Source: an uncultured beta proteobacterium (GTDB taxonomy: Bacteria > Pseudomonadota > Gammaproteobacteria > Burkholderiales > SG8-41). From it: a DNA stretch of 64,000 nucleotides. Shown here one piece after another: positions 1 to 10,468 of the stretch. Positions within the stretch are counted from its first letter, which is position 1, and every line of letters starts with the position of its first letter. Under the pieces are notes generated by a model. That model saw only the letters and a list, made by a program, of their open reading frames with translations. It made no database searches and was not told where the DNA came from. The DNA lies in the NCBI GenBank assembly GCA_963828715.1, contig CAWHFX010000017.1:59578-123577 (forward strand), given 5' to 3'. The translations under genes and the position numbers were made by a program.

Positions 1-729
1 GTCGCCAAGGCCGCGCCGGACGGACATACGCTCCTCGTCTACGCAGCGACATTCTGGGTGCTGCCGCTGATGCAGACGGTGTCATACGATCCCATGCGGG
101 ACTTCGCGCCGATCACGCTCGCGACCTCCGCGCCGAACATGCTCGTGGTCCATCCGTCATTGCCGGTGAAGACGGTGAGGGAATTCGTCGTGCTCGCGAA
201 AGCAAGGCCCGGAACGCTCAACTACGGCGGCTCGACCGCGGGCTCCTCGACTCACCTCGCCGTCGAATTGCTGAAGTCGATGGCGGGCATCGACCTTGTC
301 CGTGTTCCGTACAAGGGGCAGGGGCCGATGTTCACCGCGCTCATGTCGGGCGAAATCCAGCTCACCATCACGTCCGGCGCTGCGCTGCTGCCGCACGTGA
401 AGGCCGGGAGAATGCGTGCGCTTGCCGTGACGAGCGCGAAACCGTCCAACATGTTTCCCGGCATTCCTACCATAGCGGCGACGGTGCCAGGCTACGAATC
501 CGAAACGGTCTTCGCCGTCCTGGCGCCGGCGGCCACACCGGCGACGGTGATCAAGCTGCTGCAGCGAAACATCGCAGACGTCCTCAACCGGCCGGACGTG
601 AAGGAGAAACTGTTCGCCGCTGGGAACGAGGTCGTCGCGAGTACGCCGGAGTACCTTGCGAGCACGATGAAAGCCGACATGGTACGTCTCGGAAAAGTCA
701 TACGGGCTGCCGGTATTCGCGCGGAGTAA
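1..729 (+). CDS. Bug/TctC tripartite tricarboxylate transporter substrate-binding protein (5' end outside window)
   Basis: PDGHTL, YDPMRDFAPI, VHPSLPV, VPYKG and TP-x-VI motifs; frame open from the window edge. Confidence 0.9.
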   Translation, partial: VAKAAPDGHTLLVYAATFWVLPLMQTVSYDPMRDFAPITLATSAPNMLVVHPSLPVKTVREFVVLAKARPGTLNYGGSTAGSSTHLAVELLKSMAGIDLVRVPYKGQGPMFTALMSGEIQLTITSGAALLPHVKAGRMRALAVTSAKPSNMFPGIPTIAATVPGYESETVFAVLAPAATPATVIKLLQRNIADVLNRPDVKEKLFAAGNEVVASTPEYLASTMKADMVRLGKVIRAAGIRAE

Positions 730-776
730 GCGTTAGCGCCGCGCTTGCTACACTCGTGCACTCTCCATCGTGATCG

Positions 777-1642
777 ATGACCGTGTTGCCGTCTCACACC
801 CGCTACGCGTTCTCCTACATCGCCGATCGCGCCGACTACAGTTGGCCTGAAGGAAAGCGTCTTGCGTTCTACGTCGCAACGAACCTCGAGCACTTTGCGT
901 TCAGGGCCGGCGGTTCGGGCAATGCGCGTGGGCACCGCGAGTACGCGGGGCGTGACTACGGCTTGCGCGTGGGACTCGCCAATCTCATGGAGCTGTTCGA
1001 CGAGCTCGGCATTCGGGTCGCCCACAACATAAACAGCACGCTTTACGATGATCGCGCGGCGATCTTCAGGCATATACGCGCGCGCGGCGACGAAATCGTG
1101 GCGCACGGCCGTGCACGAATTCCGAGCGCCAGGACGACATGTGGGAGGACGACGAGGCGCGCGTCATTCGCGACGTAACCGAGGCCATCACGCGCCACGA
1201 AGGTGTTCCGCCGCGGGGTTGGATGAGTCCGGCGCGAGCAGCGACGAGCACGACGCCGGACGTTCTCCAGGAAACGGGCTACCGTTATTTCATGGACTGG
1301 CCGTGCGACGATCAGCCGTTGTGGATGCGGACGCGCTCGGGTCGCATTCTCTCGGTTCCTTATCCGCTCGAAGTCAATGATGGACGCGAGCAACCAGCGC
1401 AGTCGTTCGCGGACCTCATCGTCAACCAGTTCGACGAGATGCTGGAGCAGTCTTCACGGCGCCCGTTGGTGTGCGGCGTTGCGCTGCATCCCTTTTTCAG
1501 CGGCCATCCCTTCCGTCTGCGGCCCCTGAAACAGGCGCTTCTGCATTGCGTGCGGCACGCGCGACGAGACCGCGTGTGGTTCACCGTTCCCGGCGACATT
1601 GCCGATTACTGCTATACATTGCCCGAGGGCGTCATACCCTGA
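777..1642 (+). CDS. Polysaccharide deacetylase/PuuE-like hydrolase, frameshifted at ~1113
   Basis: WPEGKRLAFYVATNLEHF and DYGLRVG in ORF 777; PRGWMSP, DW.CDDQP and ALHPF in ORF 1139; deleting GC at 1113-1114 restores HGRTNSERQ. Confidence 0.8.
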
Positions 1643-1653
1643 ACAGCGTGCGG

Positions 1654-2671
1654 TCATTCGATGCGCATGCCGGTCTGCCTGATGAGCGCGCTCCACTTCG
1701 TCATGTCGGCCTTGATGACGGTCGCGAAAGTTTCCGGCGAACTGCCCACCGCTTCGACACCCGAACCCAGCAGGCGCGCCTTGACGTCCGGCTGGCGTGT
1801 CGCCGTCGTCGTCTCCTGGTTCAGGCGCGCAATGATGGCTGGCGGTGTTCTGGCCGGGGCGAACACGCCGAGCATCTGCACCGCTTCGTAACCCGGCACT
1901 CCGGCCTCCGAGACCGTCGGCAGTTCGGGAAAGACGACCGAGCGTTGCGCGCTGGTTGTGGCGAGTGCGCGTAGCTTGCCTGCTTTCACGTAGGGCGCGA
2001 CAGTCCCGCCAGTACCCGAACGAAAGCTGAACGTGACCGCCGATGAGATCGGCCGTGCGTACCGCGCCGCTCTTGTATCCCACGCGCACGATGTTTACGC
2101 GCGCCATCGACTTGAAGAGCTCGGCCGCAAGATGATCGGTTCCGCCCACGGCGCCGGACGCGTAGTTGAGATCGCCTGGTCGCGATTGCGCAAGCGCGAT
2201 GAGCTCCTTGACCGAATTCACTGGCAATGTGGGGTGCACGACCAGAAACGCCGGCGAACGCCCCACCAGCGTTATCGGCGCAAAATCTTTCGTGACATCG
2301 TAGGGCGTCGATTCGCGCAGATAGGCTTCGATCCAGAGACCGTTGCTCGCGACCAGCAGCGTATAGCCGTCAGGCGCTGCCTGGGATGCGATTTCACCCG
2401 GAATCACGCCACTCGGGCGGTTGTCCACGATCACCGGCTGGCCGAGCGGGCCGGAGATCGCCTGGGCGATGACGCGCGAAACGAAATCGCTGCCGCCGCC
2501 GACGCCGGCGGTTACGATGCGTACGGTCTTCTGAGGATAGGGCTGTGTCCAACCGCGTGCTGACCACAAGAGGCACAGCGTGCCGACCGCAATGAAAAGG
2601 CTGAGACTGCGCAGCTTCTCTATCGAGAGGGTGATGCAGGATTGCTCGAGAACTTTTACGGTAAGCTTCAC
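1654..2671 (-). CDS. Bug/TctC substrate-binding protein, frameshifted at ~2016
   Basis: YP.K.VRI, DNRP, APDGYTLL in the N-part; KAGKLRALA...ELPTV.EAG.PGYE in ORF 1654..1989; one extra base at 2015-2017. Start uncertain. Confidence 0.85.
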
Positions 2672-2771
2672 CGCTCAATCTTGCGATGCGCGCGGCCGAA
2701 AGACAACAACGATCGAGCGGGCGCGCTCACCGGCGTCTCGTGCGCGAATTCGGTTCGGTTCGAAGTCAGAG

Positions 2772-3634
2772 ATGAGCATGCGTGAATGCACCGTTCGAAC
2801 GATGCGCCGCGACGAGATCGAGCTCGCAATCGCACTCGCGGCGGGCGAAGGCTGGAACCCGGGTCTGCATGACACGCACTGCTTTGCGGAGGCCGACCCG
2901 GCCGGTTTCTTCATGGCGGAAGTCGATGGGAAGCTTGCCGGTTGTCTCAGCGCCGTTTCCTATGAAGGTCGATTCGGATTCATCGGCCTTTACATCGTCG
3001 CGCCCGAGTTTCGAGGGTAGGGCATCGGATGGCGCATGTGGACGCAGGGCATGCAGCGGCTGGCGGGCCAGCTTGTCGGCCTCGACGGCGTTCCGGCGCA
3101 GCAGGACAACTATCGGAAGTCGGGTTTCGTGCTCGGGTGGCGCAACCTGCGCTACGCTGGAACGGCGCGGCACACGATGAGCGATACCGACGATCGGACG
3201 CATCGCATCGTTCCGCTGGCGGACATCGACTTCGCCACGGTGTGCGCGGACGATCGGCGCGTGTTTCCGGCGATGCGCGAGCGCTTCCTGCGCGCATGGA
3301 TCGGCGTGCCTCAGTCTGCCGCGCTGGCGTGCATCTCAGGGAGCGGCTCGCCGGCTGGGGTGTGATTCGCCGGTGCCGGGAAGGCCATAAGATCGCTCCA
3401 CTTGTCGCCGATACGAAGGAAGTCGCGGCCGCGCTGTATACGGCACTCTGCAGGCGCGTGCCCGAGGGCGATGCCCTCTACCTGGACGTGCCGCTGCCGA
3501 ACGCCGCGGCAGTGGCACTCGCGGAGGGTTACGACATGCACGGTGTGTTCGACACGGCACGCATGTACAGCGGCGCGCCTCCGCCATGCGAGCTGAACCG
3601 GGTGTTCGGCATAACGAGCTTCGAATTGGGATGA
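2772..3634 (+). CDS. Tandem GNAT acetyltransferase (YitH/HolE-like), with in-frame TAG at 3018-3020 and a frameshift at ~3340
   Basis: EGWNPG, FGFIGLYIV.PEFRG*GIG, LDGV.AQQDNY.KSGF and C-terminal FDTARMY...FGITSFELG across three ORF pieces. Confidence 0.8.
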
Positions 3635-3644
3635 GGTGACGAGC

Positions 3645-4427
3645 ATGCGTGCGTGGTATTTCGCCGTGATCGCTGTCGCGGCAAGCGTCGCGTTCATATA
3701 CGCCGGCGCTGGTTCCGCGCAGGCGTTACACCACCCGATTCAGGCTACGAAAGTCGTCGATCTCACGCACAGGATGCACGAGAGGATGGCGTTCTGGCCG
3801 GGCGGTGTGCCGTTCAGGAAAACGAGGCTCGTCGACTACGACAAAGGCTATCGCCTGCATAAATTCGAAATGGGAGAGAACACCGGCACCCATGTCGATG
3901 CGCCATCTCACTTCATCAAGGGCAAGCGTGCCATCGATCAGATTCCGCTCGCCGATCTGATCGTGCCCGCCGTCGTCATCGATGTGAGGGACAAGGTCGC
4001 AGCATCGGCCGACTATCAGCTTGCGGCCGATGATGTGACGGCGTGGGAATCGAAGCACGGACGCATTCCGGCTGGCGCGCTCGTCATCCTCAACACGGGC
4101 TGGCACACGCGGTTCGATGATCCACGGCGGTACATCAACATGGATGACAGAAGGGTCATGCATTTCCCTGGCTACGGGAAAGAAAGCACTGCATTACTGG
4201 TGGAACGCGACGTCGCCGGCATCGCTATCGACACGTTGAGCATCGACCATGGCGCATCGAAGGATTTCGCGGCTCACAAAGTGATGCTGCAGGCCGACAA
4301 GTACATGATCGAGAATCTGGCGAACCTCGATACGCTGCCGCCGACGGGCGCGAGCGTCGTCGTGGGTGTGCTGCCCGTGCAGGAGGGCTCTCAGGCTCAG
4401 GCGCGCGTTTTCGCCTTGCTGCCGTAA
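3645..4427 (+). CDS. Cyclase / kynurenine-formamidase-like metal hydrolase with signal peptide
   Basis: NTGTHVDAPSHF, IDTLSID, IENLANL; hydrophobic N-terminus ending A-Q-A. Confidence 0.85.
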   Translation: MRAWYFAVIAVAASVAFIYAGAGSAQALHHPIQATKVVDLTHRMHERMAFWPGGVPFRKTRLVDYDKGYRLHKFEMGENTGTHVDAPSHFIKGKRAIDQIPLADLIVPAVVIDVRDKVAASADYQLAADDVTAWESKHGRIPAGALVILNTGWHTRFDDPRRYINMDDRRVMHFPGYGKESTALLVERDVAGIAIDTLSIDHGASKDFAAHKVMLQADKYMIENLANLDTLPPTGASVVVGVLPVQEGSQAQARVFALLP

Positions 4428-4732
4428 CGGCACCACACCGCGGGGTCGGAGACAGCAGCCTTCTTGAAATTGCAGCCACGTCAACTATTCCGCTGTCCGA
4501 ACTTTCAAGTCCTATTCGCTTGGTGTTCCATTTGGTCGATTTCTGGATGCTCAAGAACAGAATCGGTATGGCAAGAGAACTTCGACTGCACGCAAAAAAC
4601 CAGCTTCTCTACAATCACTAACAAGAAGCACAGGCACCCATCTCCGTGCTTTGTCAGCGGTGGGTTGGCCCAGGCCAACTACTTCAGAGAATCGGAACAC
4701 CCCAAGGGCTGCTTTGACCAGTTGATCAACAC

Positions 4733-4788
4733 CTATAACGGTGGGTTCTCAGCAGCCGTCCGGTGCCGTGTAATGGAATGTGTTAAAG
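4733..4788 (+). other. Degenerate attC-like site
   Basis: CTATAAC ... GTTAAAG ends (near-complementary) around an imperfect hairpin GCAGCCG/CGGTGC with one unpaired base; 56 bp. Confidence 0.35.
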
Positions 4789-4939
4789 CGGACGCAAGGA
4801 GATGTCTGGTCACTGGTGGCAGTAATGGTGGTCACGGAGGTGCCAATCAAGGAAAGAACACCGCCGAGATCGTCTGCGGACCTGTCGTTCTTCGGGTTTT
4901 AGCCACCGCATGCCAGGCCGCGCAGTCGCATCAGCGACG

Positions 4940-5923
4940 TCATTTGCTGCCAAGCGTCACTACCGGAAGCTTCATTTCCTGCACGAGCTTGCTCCACTCC
5001 GCGATTTCGTCGCGCACGAATGCCGCGAACTCCGTCGGTGAACTGGCCGTGGCGACGAGACCGTCGTCGGCGAATCGCTTCACGGCGTCGGGATCTTTCA
5101 TGACCTTGACTATCGCCTGATACATCTGGTCGACAATGGCGTCCGGCACGCGCGCTGGGGCGAACATCCCGGTCCAGGCCCCCTTGTCGTAGCCGGGCAC
5201 GCCGGCTTCATCGAGCGTCGGCAGCTCCGGCACTGCCGGCGATCGTTGCTTCGTGGTCACCGCAAGCGGACGCACCTGGCGTGAGGTCCTGAAAGGCTTC
5301 GAGGACAGCACGCCCATGAAACCCACCTGCACCTCGCCGGTGATGAGGCCGATCAGGGCCGGCCCGCCTCCCTTGTACGCAACCGGCACCAGGTTGATCT
5401 TCGCCATGTACTTGAACAACTCGGTCGTCATATGCAGATTGCTGCCGACGCCGGCCGAGCCGTAAAACAGGTCCTTGGGGCGTTTGCGAGCGAGTGCGAG
5501 GAGCTCCTTGACGCTCTTCACCGGCAGCGAGGGATGCACGCCCAGGATAAGCGGCTGCGTGGTAATCATCGAGACGGGTCTGAAATCCTTGATCGCATCG
5601 AAGGGCAGATTCCGGTAGAGCCCTGGGACGAACGTGAAGCTCGCGGATGTAACCAGGAACGTGTAGCCGTCGGGAGCCGCTCGCGCGGCCAGCGTGAAGC
5701 CGATGGTACCGCCCGCGCCCGTTCGATTGTCTACGAACACGCTGACGCCGAGCGCCCGCTCCAGCTTGTCCTGCAGGGCGCGAGCCAGGAGATCCGTGCC
5801 GCCCCCCGGCGCGAAGGGAACCAGCAGGCGGATCGGCTTCTCGGGATAACCGGCGGCGTTGGCCGATGGTGCGGACGACGCAAACAAGGCCGTGAGCAGC
5901 GAAACACACGTAATGCGGTTCAT
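4940..5923 (-). CDS. Bug/TctC substrate-binding protein
   Basis: YPEKPIRLLVPFAPGGGTD, APDGYT, AYKGGG; signal peptide; GAGGAG-type RBS. Confidence 0.92.
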   Translation of the reverse strand: MNRITCVSLLTALFASSAPSANAAGYPEKPIRLLVPFAPGGGTDLLARALQDKLERALGVSVFVDNRTGAGGTIGFTLAARAAPDGYTFLVTSASFTFVPGLYRNLPFDAIKDFRPVSMITTQPLILGVHPSLPVKSVKELLALARKRPKDLFYGSAGVGSNLHMTTELFKYMAKINLVPVAYKGGGPALIGLITGEVQVGFMGVLSSKPFRTSRQVRPLAVTTKQRSPAVPELPTLDEAGVPGYDKGAWTGMFAPARVPDAIVDQMYQAIVKVMKDPDAVKRFADDGLVATASSPTEFAAFVRDEIAEWSKLVQEMKLPVVTLGSK

Positions 5924-6239
5924 GGCTTCCTCCTCGTTGTTGGGTGTATCTCCTTCTCCGTGCGACGCGTTCAATGGTGCGCGGAGAGGAGGGCATCCAT
6001 AGTGTGGATGTCAGAGGCATCATAGTCTTTTTCCCGCACGCGGAAACAGAGGACGAGAAGTGGGTGCGCCGAACCAGGACGAGGCGGTTTCCCGCGGGGT
6101 AAGCTTGCGCCAATTGTGTGAAACGAGCGAAATGGTCAGCGCAACTCTGGACTGCCGTTCAGAGTAGCGCTCGCGCCTCGGTGGTGGGCCCATCGAGGTG
6201 TTCGCAGTGATCCCGAAGACGGCTCACCGCTTTTCGTGG

Positions 6240-6253
6240 TTGGTCAGCATCAA
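6240..6253 (+). promoter_or_regulatory. FNR/FixK-type box upstream of usp
   Basis: TTGGT-CAGC-ATCAA, one mismatch from TTGAT-N4-ATCAA, 57 bp before the usp ATG. Confidence 0.5.
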
Positions 6254-6310
6254 TAGATGGCTCGCCATCACAGAGCACAGTAGCCGAAGAAGCGAGCGGA
6301 GGACGCCGAA

Positions 6311-6754
6311 ATGTACAAACGCATCATCGTTGCGATCGACGGTAGCAGCACCTCGAAGCTCGCCCTGCGTCATGCAATCAAGCTCGCGAAGGAAGGGCAA
6401 TCCGCGTTGTGCATCGTGCACGCCGTCGACCTCGTCAACGTCAACGTAGAGACAGTGGACGGTATGAGCAACTACGAGGAAGCGGTGCGGAAATCGGGCA
6501 ATCAAATCCTGAAACACGCCGCGGCACTCGCGAAGAAGGCGGGAGTAAGATCGGAAACGCGGCTTCTCGACGTCCGACGATTTCGCGATCGGATCGCCGA
6601 CGAGATCGCTCGCGAGGCCAGGAACTGGCGTGCGGACCTGATCGTAATAGGCACGCACGGACGTCGCGGGCTCAGCCGCGTGTTTCTCGGAAGTGCAGCC
6701 GAGGCTGTGCTACGCATTGCTTCAGTGCCGGTCTTATTGATTCGTGGGAAGTGA
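6311..6754 (+). CDS. Universal stress protein (UspA family)
   Basis: MYKRIIVAIDGS, ADLIVIGTHGRRGLSRVFLGS.AE.VLR...PVLLI. Confidence 0.95.
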   Translation: MYKRIIVAIDGSSTSKLALRHAIKLAKEGQSALCIVHAVDLVNVNVETVDGMSNYEEAVRKSGNQILKHAAALAKKAGVRSETRLLDVRRFRDRIADEIAREARNWRADLIVIGTHGRRGLSRVFLGSAAEAVLRIASVPVLLIRGK

Positions 6755-6824
6755 CAATGCCATGAGCGCTGCCGTTGAAGCGCAGCGTCGCTCCTACGCT
6801 GGTATATCGCTATAGAGGCCGACG

Positions 6825-7607
6825 ATGGCCCGCATTCGCGTCGTCACGCTCAACATGGAGCAGGACCACAAGCGCTGGGAGATGCGGCGCGAGCTCATCG
6901 TCGAGCAACTCGTCGAGCTCAGACCGGACGTATTTGCCATGAACGAAGTCTGCGTGCCGCTGCAGACCGCACGCTGGCTGCAGGATGTGCTGAAGGAACG
7001 ACTGGATCTCGAGTATGCGCTCGTGCAGCAAACCAAATCGAACGGTGAAGCGGAGGCCGACGGCGAAGCGCTGCTGACGCGCTTTCCGCTTATCGAGACC
7101 GGAAATCTCGACTATCGGGCGCGTGACATGGTTGCGCTGGTCGCACGGATCTCTGTCGAGGACGCGCCGGTCGACGTGTATGTGACACATCTCTACAGGT
7201 CGAAAGGCGAAGATTCGTTGCGGCTCTATCAAGTGCAGCAATTGCAGGCGTGGATGGATCGTCGGGCGGATGTCACCGCACGCATCGTGTGCGGTGACTT
7301 CAACGCGACGCTCGACAAGCCATCGGCTGCCCTCATGGCTACACGCTACCGGCCAACGCAAAGCGCGCCGACTGCATTCACGCCTCTCGCCGACAGCGAT
7401 GGCGCAGTGTCGCATCCCGACTGGGCGCGAATGGATCGCTGCATCGACTATATCTGGGTCTCGCGGGACCTGCACATCGTGAAGAGTGGCGTCTGCTTCG
7501 ATAAGGCGAGTCAGTCGGATTCCTCGCTTTGGCCCTCGGACCATGCCGGTGTATGGGCCGACCTGGAAAAGGCCGGCTCCGCTCGAGCCGACGCGGGCGT
7601 GTCGTAA
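6825..7607 (+). CDS. Endonuclease/exonuclease/phosphatase family protein
   Basis: VTLN, PDVFAMNE, THL, GDFN, IDYI, SDH motifs. Confidence 0.9.
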   Translation: MARIRVVTLNMEQDHKRWEMRRELIVEQLVELRPDVFAMNEVCVPLQTARWLQDVLKERLDLEYALVQQTKSNGEAEADGEALLTRFPLIETGNLDYRARDMVALVARISVEDAPVDVYVTHLYRSKGEDSLRLYQVQQLQAWMDRRADVTARIVCGDFNATLDKPSAALMATRYRPTQSAPTAFTPLADSDGAVSHPDWARMDRCIDYIWVSRDLHIVKSGVCFDKASQSDSSLWPSDHAGVWADLEKAGSARADAGVS

Positions 7608-7645
7608 AGAATTCGTAAATAATTCTGAAAGCGGAAAGAGCTGGC

Positions 7646-8287
7646 ATGTACCTGCCGAAGCACTTCGAAGAAACGCGAGTTGAAGAGCTCCGCCGCATCA
7701 TGGCCGAATATCCGCTGGGCGCCTTCGTCATCCATGGGCCGAACGGGCTCGACGCGAATCACCTGCCGTTCCACCTCGATCCCGATGCGGGTGCGCACGG
7801 GCGACTGCTCGCGCATGTCGCGCGGACGAATCCCGTATGGACGGAGATCAAGGATGGCGACGAGGTTCTCGTCATTTTTCGCGCAGCAAACGCATACGTC
7901 TCGCCGAACTGGTATCCCAGCAAGCACGAGCTCCACCGCCAGGTGCCGACGTGGAACTATCAGGCAGTGCATGTCCACGGGAAAGCACATGTCCGCGACG
8001 ACGAGCGCTTCGTACGGGGTGTCGTGGCGCGACTGACACGCACCCACGAGGCGGGCACCGGCGCCGACAGGCCGTGGAAGATGACCGATGCTCCGCAGGA
8101 ATACATCGAGCAGATGCTGGCGGCCATCGTCGGCCTGGAAATCGAGATCAGCAGGATCGTCGGCAAATGGAAACTGAGCCAGAACAAGGAGGAGCGGGAT
8201 CGGATCGGTGCGGCCGAGGAGCTGCGCAAGCGTGGCGCGGACGTCCTTTCCGAAGCGATGCTGCGCACCGTCGGGCGGCTGCCGTGA
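7646..8287 (+). CDS. PaiB-like FMN-binding protein
   Basis: MYLP.HF, HLPF, HVAR.NP, YVSPNWY, VPTWNY, K.KLSQNK. Confidence 0.92.
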   Translation: MYLPKHFEETRVEELRRIMAEYPLGAFVIHGPNGLDANHLPFHLDPDAGAHGRLLAHVARTNPVWTEIKDGDEVLVIFRAANAYVSPNWYPSKHELHRQVPTWNYQAVHVHGKAHVRDDERFVRGVVARLTRTHEAGTGADRPWKMTDAPQEYIEQMLAAIVGLEIEISRIVGKWKLSQNKEERDRIGAAEELRKRGADVLSEAMLRTVGRLP

Positions 8288-8511
8288 TAGCGCCCTGGCA
8301 ATGCAGCCACGAACTCAGCGCACCGGACCGCGCGCGAGCGAAGTGGCGCGCGCGGCGGCGATTTCAGGCGGCAAGGTCCGCATAGAACTACCGCGGCAGG
8401 CCCATTCGCAGCACAATCCGGGACTCTCGGCCGGGATGCCAATCACGGCGTCCTGCTTCCGAGCGTTCGTTCAGCTTGCAGGAACAACTTCTTCCAGGAA
8501 GGGAGGCAGCC

Positions 8512-8799
8512 ATGTACGCGGTAATACGGCAATACGAGTTCGATCGGGGCAGCAGCGAAGAGATCAATCGCAAGCTGCGGGACGTTTTCGTCCCACTGCT
8601 CAAGAAAGCGCCGGGTTTCGTCACGTATTACTGGCTGGACACGGGTGAAGGTGCGGGTGCGTCGATCAGCGTATTCCAGAGTAAAGCCGGTGCTGAAGAG
8701 TCCGTGCGAGTTGCGGCCGCGTTCGTCAAGGAGCATCTGACCGGCATGAGCTTCAGCAGTCCCCGCATCACCCAGGGGGAGGTTCAGGCGCACGGCTGA
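8512..8799 (+). CDS. Small ABM-like (dimeric alpha/beta barrel) hypothetical protein
   Basis: GGAGG RBS; FVP.LKK.PGF..YY...S.SVF.S...AEES pattern. Confidence 0.7.
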   Translation: MYAVIRQYEFDRGSSEEINRKLRDVFVPLLKKAPGFVTYYWLDTGEGAGASISVFQSKAGAEESVRVAAAFVKEHLTGMSFSSPRITQGEVQAHG

Positions 8800-8885
8800 A
8801 GCGAGCCGAGTACTGCGATGCGCGCGTGTCCCTCGTCGCGCGCATAATCCCGAGCTCGAACCCGGTCACACGAAGGAGGCAACTC

Positions 8886-9156
8886 ATGTACCGATCAAGC
8901 GCAGGTTGATCTCGCCAGGAATCTCTGGGAACAATCGAAAGCAGCGGTGGCCCAGGGGCACCAGGCCTGGGATCTCGTGATGAAATCACACAAGACGATG
9001 CTCGACTCGATGCGCGCGGCGGGTGCGCCGTTTGCGCTTGCCGCAGACCAGTTCGACAAGCTCATGGAATTCCATTCCGCGCAATACAAGGCCGCACTCG
9101 ATTACATGGACAAGATGTCAGCGGAGTATCAGAAGCTCCTCGCGCAGGCAAAATAA
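8886..9156 (+). CDS. Small all-helical, phasin-like hypothetical protein; one extra C at ~8892
   Basis: AAGGAGG RBS before ATG 8886; removing one C joins it to ORF 8947..9156 (MYDQAQVDLARNLWEQ...). Confidence 0.65.
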
Positions 9157-9187
9157 AGGGCTTGCTGTCGTCCGGGGCGGGTGCGTG

Positions 9188-10468
9188 ATGGAGAACGATG
9201 GTTGGCTGCCAGAACCCGCTGCGCGTGCAGTGTTCATGCGCCTGCCCGTTCCCATCGCGCTGATCTCGGCGGCTGGCGAGGTCGTCCTGGAAAACGAGCG
9301 GTTCGCGCGCTACTTCGACGCATCGCGGATCAATCCGGCGCAGCTCGAGGCTCTCGATGCGACCGAGGAGGAACCGTGGAGTCTCGTGCGCATGCCGGGC
9401 CGTGGCGGCGGGATGGTCGATGCATGGGCGCAGTCGTTCGAAGTGTACGGAAGCCGCGTACTCGTGCTGGACGAGTTGCGCAGCGCGCGCTGGGCGCCCG
9501 AGCTCAAGCAGCTGCATGCTCGCCTTGCCGCACTGGAGAAGCTGAGCGCCACGGATCATCTCACCGGCGCGTGGAACCGCGCGCATTTCGACCGCGTGAT
9601 CGAAAGCGAGCTTGGCCGCAGCGCGCGCTTTCGCCAGCCGTTGTCACTGCTGCTGCTCGACCTCGACCATTTCAAAGGCATCAACGACACGTTCGGACAT
9701 CAGGCGGGTGACGTCATTCTCCAGAGCTTCGTGCGGTTCGTGAGGCAATGGACACGCAGTGCCGACGTGTTGTTTCGGTGGGGTGGAGAGGAATTCGTCG
9801 TGCTGGCAGTCTCGACCGGTTATCGGCACGCCGCCGCGTTTGCCGAGGGGCTGCGCCGCAAGATCGCCGCACAGGACTTCCCGGACATCGGGTCACTGTC
9901 GGTGAGTATCGGTGTCGCCGAGCACGTCGGCGCGGAGAGCCCGGCCGAGTGGTTTCACAGGGTCGACGAAGCGCTCTACAAGGCGAAGCAGGGCGGCCGG
10001 AATCTCGTCGTGGTCGATCCGCGCGGAAACTCCGATGCGTGGGCCACCGATTCGGCTACATCCGCGCTCCACCTCGTGTGGCAGGAGGCGTATGAATCCG
10101 GCAACCCCGTCATCGACGATGAGCATCGACAACTGTTCGACCGCGCGAACGTGCTGATCGATGCGTCCTTCGTGCAGGAAGAGACGCCGGAGGTCTTCCG
10201 CGCCGCTTTGGATGATCTGGTCGCACACGTGGCGCGCCATTTTGCGCATGAAGAGGCGCTGCTGGAACAGCACCAGTATGCGCGCCTCATCCCCCACAAG
10301 GCCGCTCACGCTCGTCTTCTCGAAAAGGCCGCCGTGCTCAACGACGCTGCGCGTGCGGGCAGCGCAACGCTCGGCGATATCGTCAACTTCGTCGCCGCCG
10401 AAGTCGTTGTTCGCCATCTGCTCACAATGGACCGCGACTTCTTCACCCTGTTCGGAGAGCGCTCATGA
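9188..10468 (+). CDS. Diguanylate cyclase with N-terminal PAS-like region and C-terminal bacteriohemerythrin
   Basis: TD.LTG..NR, DLDHFK.IND.FGH, RSAD I-site, GGEEF; hemerythrin ligands H, HF.HEE, H...H, H....D all present. Confidence 0.92.
   Translation: MENDGWLPEPAARAVFMRLPVPIALISAAGEVVLENERFARYFDASRINPAQLEALDATEEEPWSLVRMPGRGGGMVDAWAQSFEVYGSRVLVLDELRSARWAPELKQLHARLAALEKLSATDHLTGAWNRAHFDRVIESELGRSARFRQPLSLLLLDLDHFKGINDTFGHQAGDVILQSFVRFVRQWTRSADVLFRWGGEEFVVLAVSTGYRHAAAFAEGLRRKIAAQDFPDIGSLSVSIGVAEHVGAESPAEWFHRVDEALYKAKQGGRNLVVVDPRGNSDAWATDSATSALHLVWQEAYESGNPVIDDEHRQLFDRANVLIDASFVQEETPEVFRAALDDLVAHVARHFAHEEALLEQHQYARLIPHKAAHARLLEKAAVLNDAARAGSATLGDIVNFVAAEVVVRHLLTMDRDFFTLFGERS

Noticed and set aside
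3018-3020. Amber readthrough or pyrrolysine in the GNAT gene
   Set aside because: No pyl genes in the window, TAG is a normal stop here, and the same gene has a second lesion, so an error or mutation is simpler.
4464-5120. 218-aa ORF across the AT-richer island
   Set aside because: TTG start without RBS, Cys/Ser-rich atypical composition, and it runs antisense into a Bug gene.
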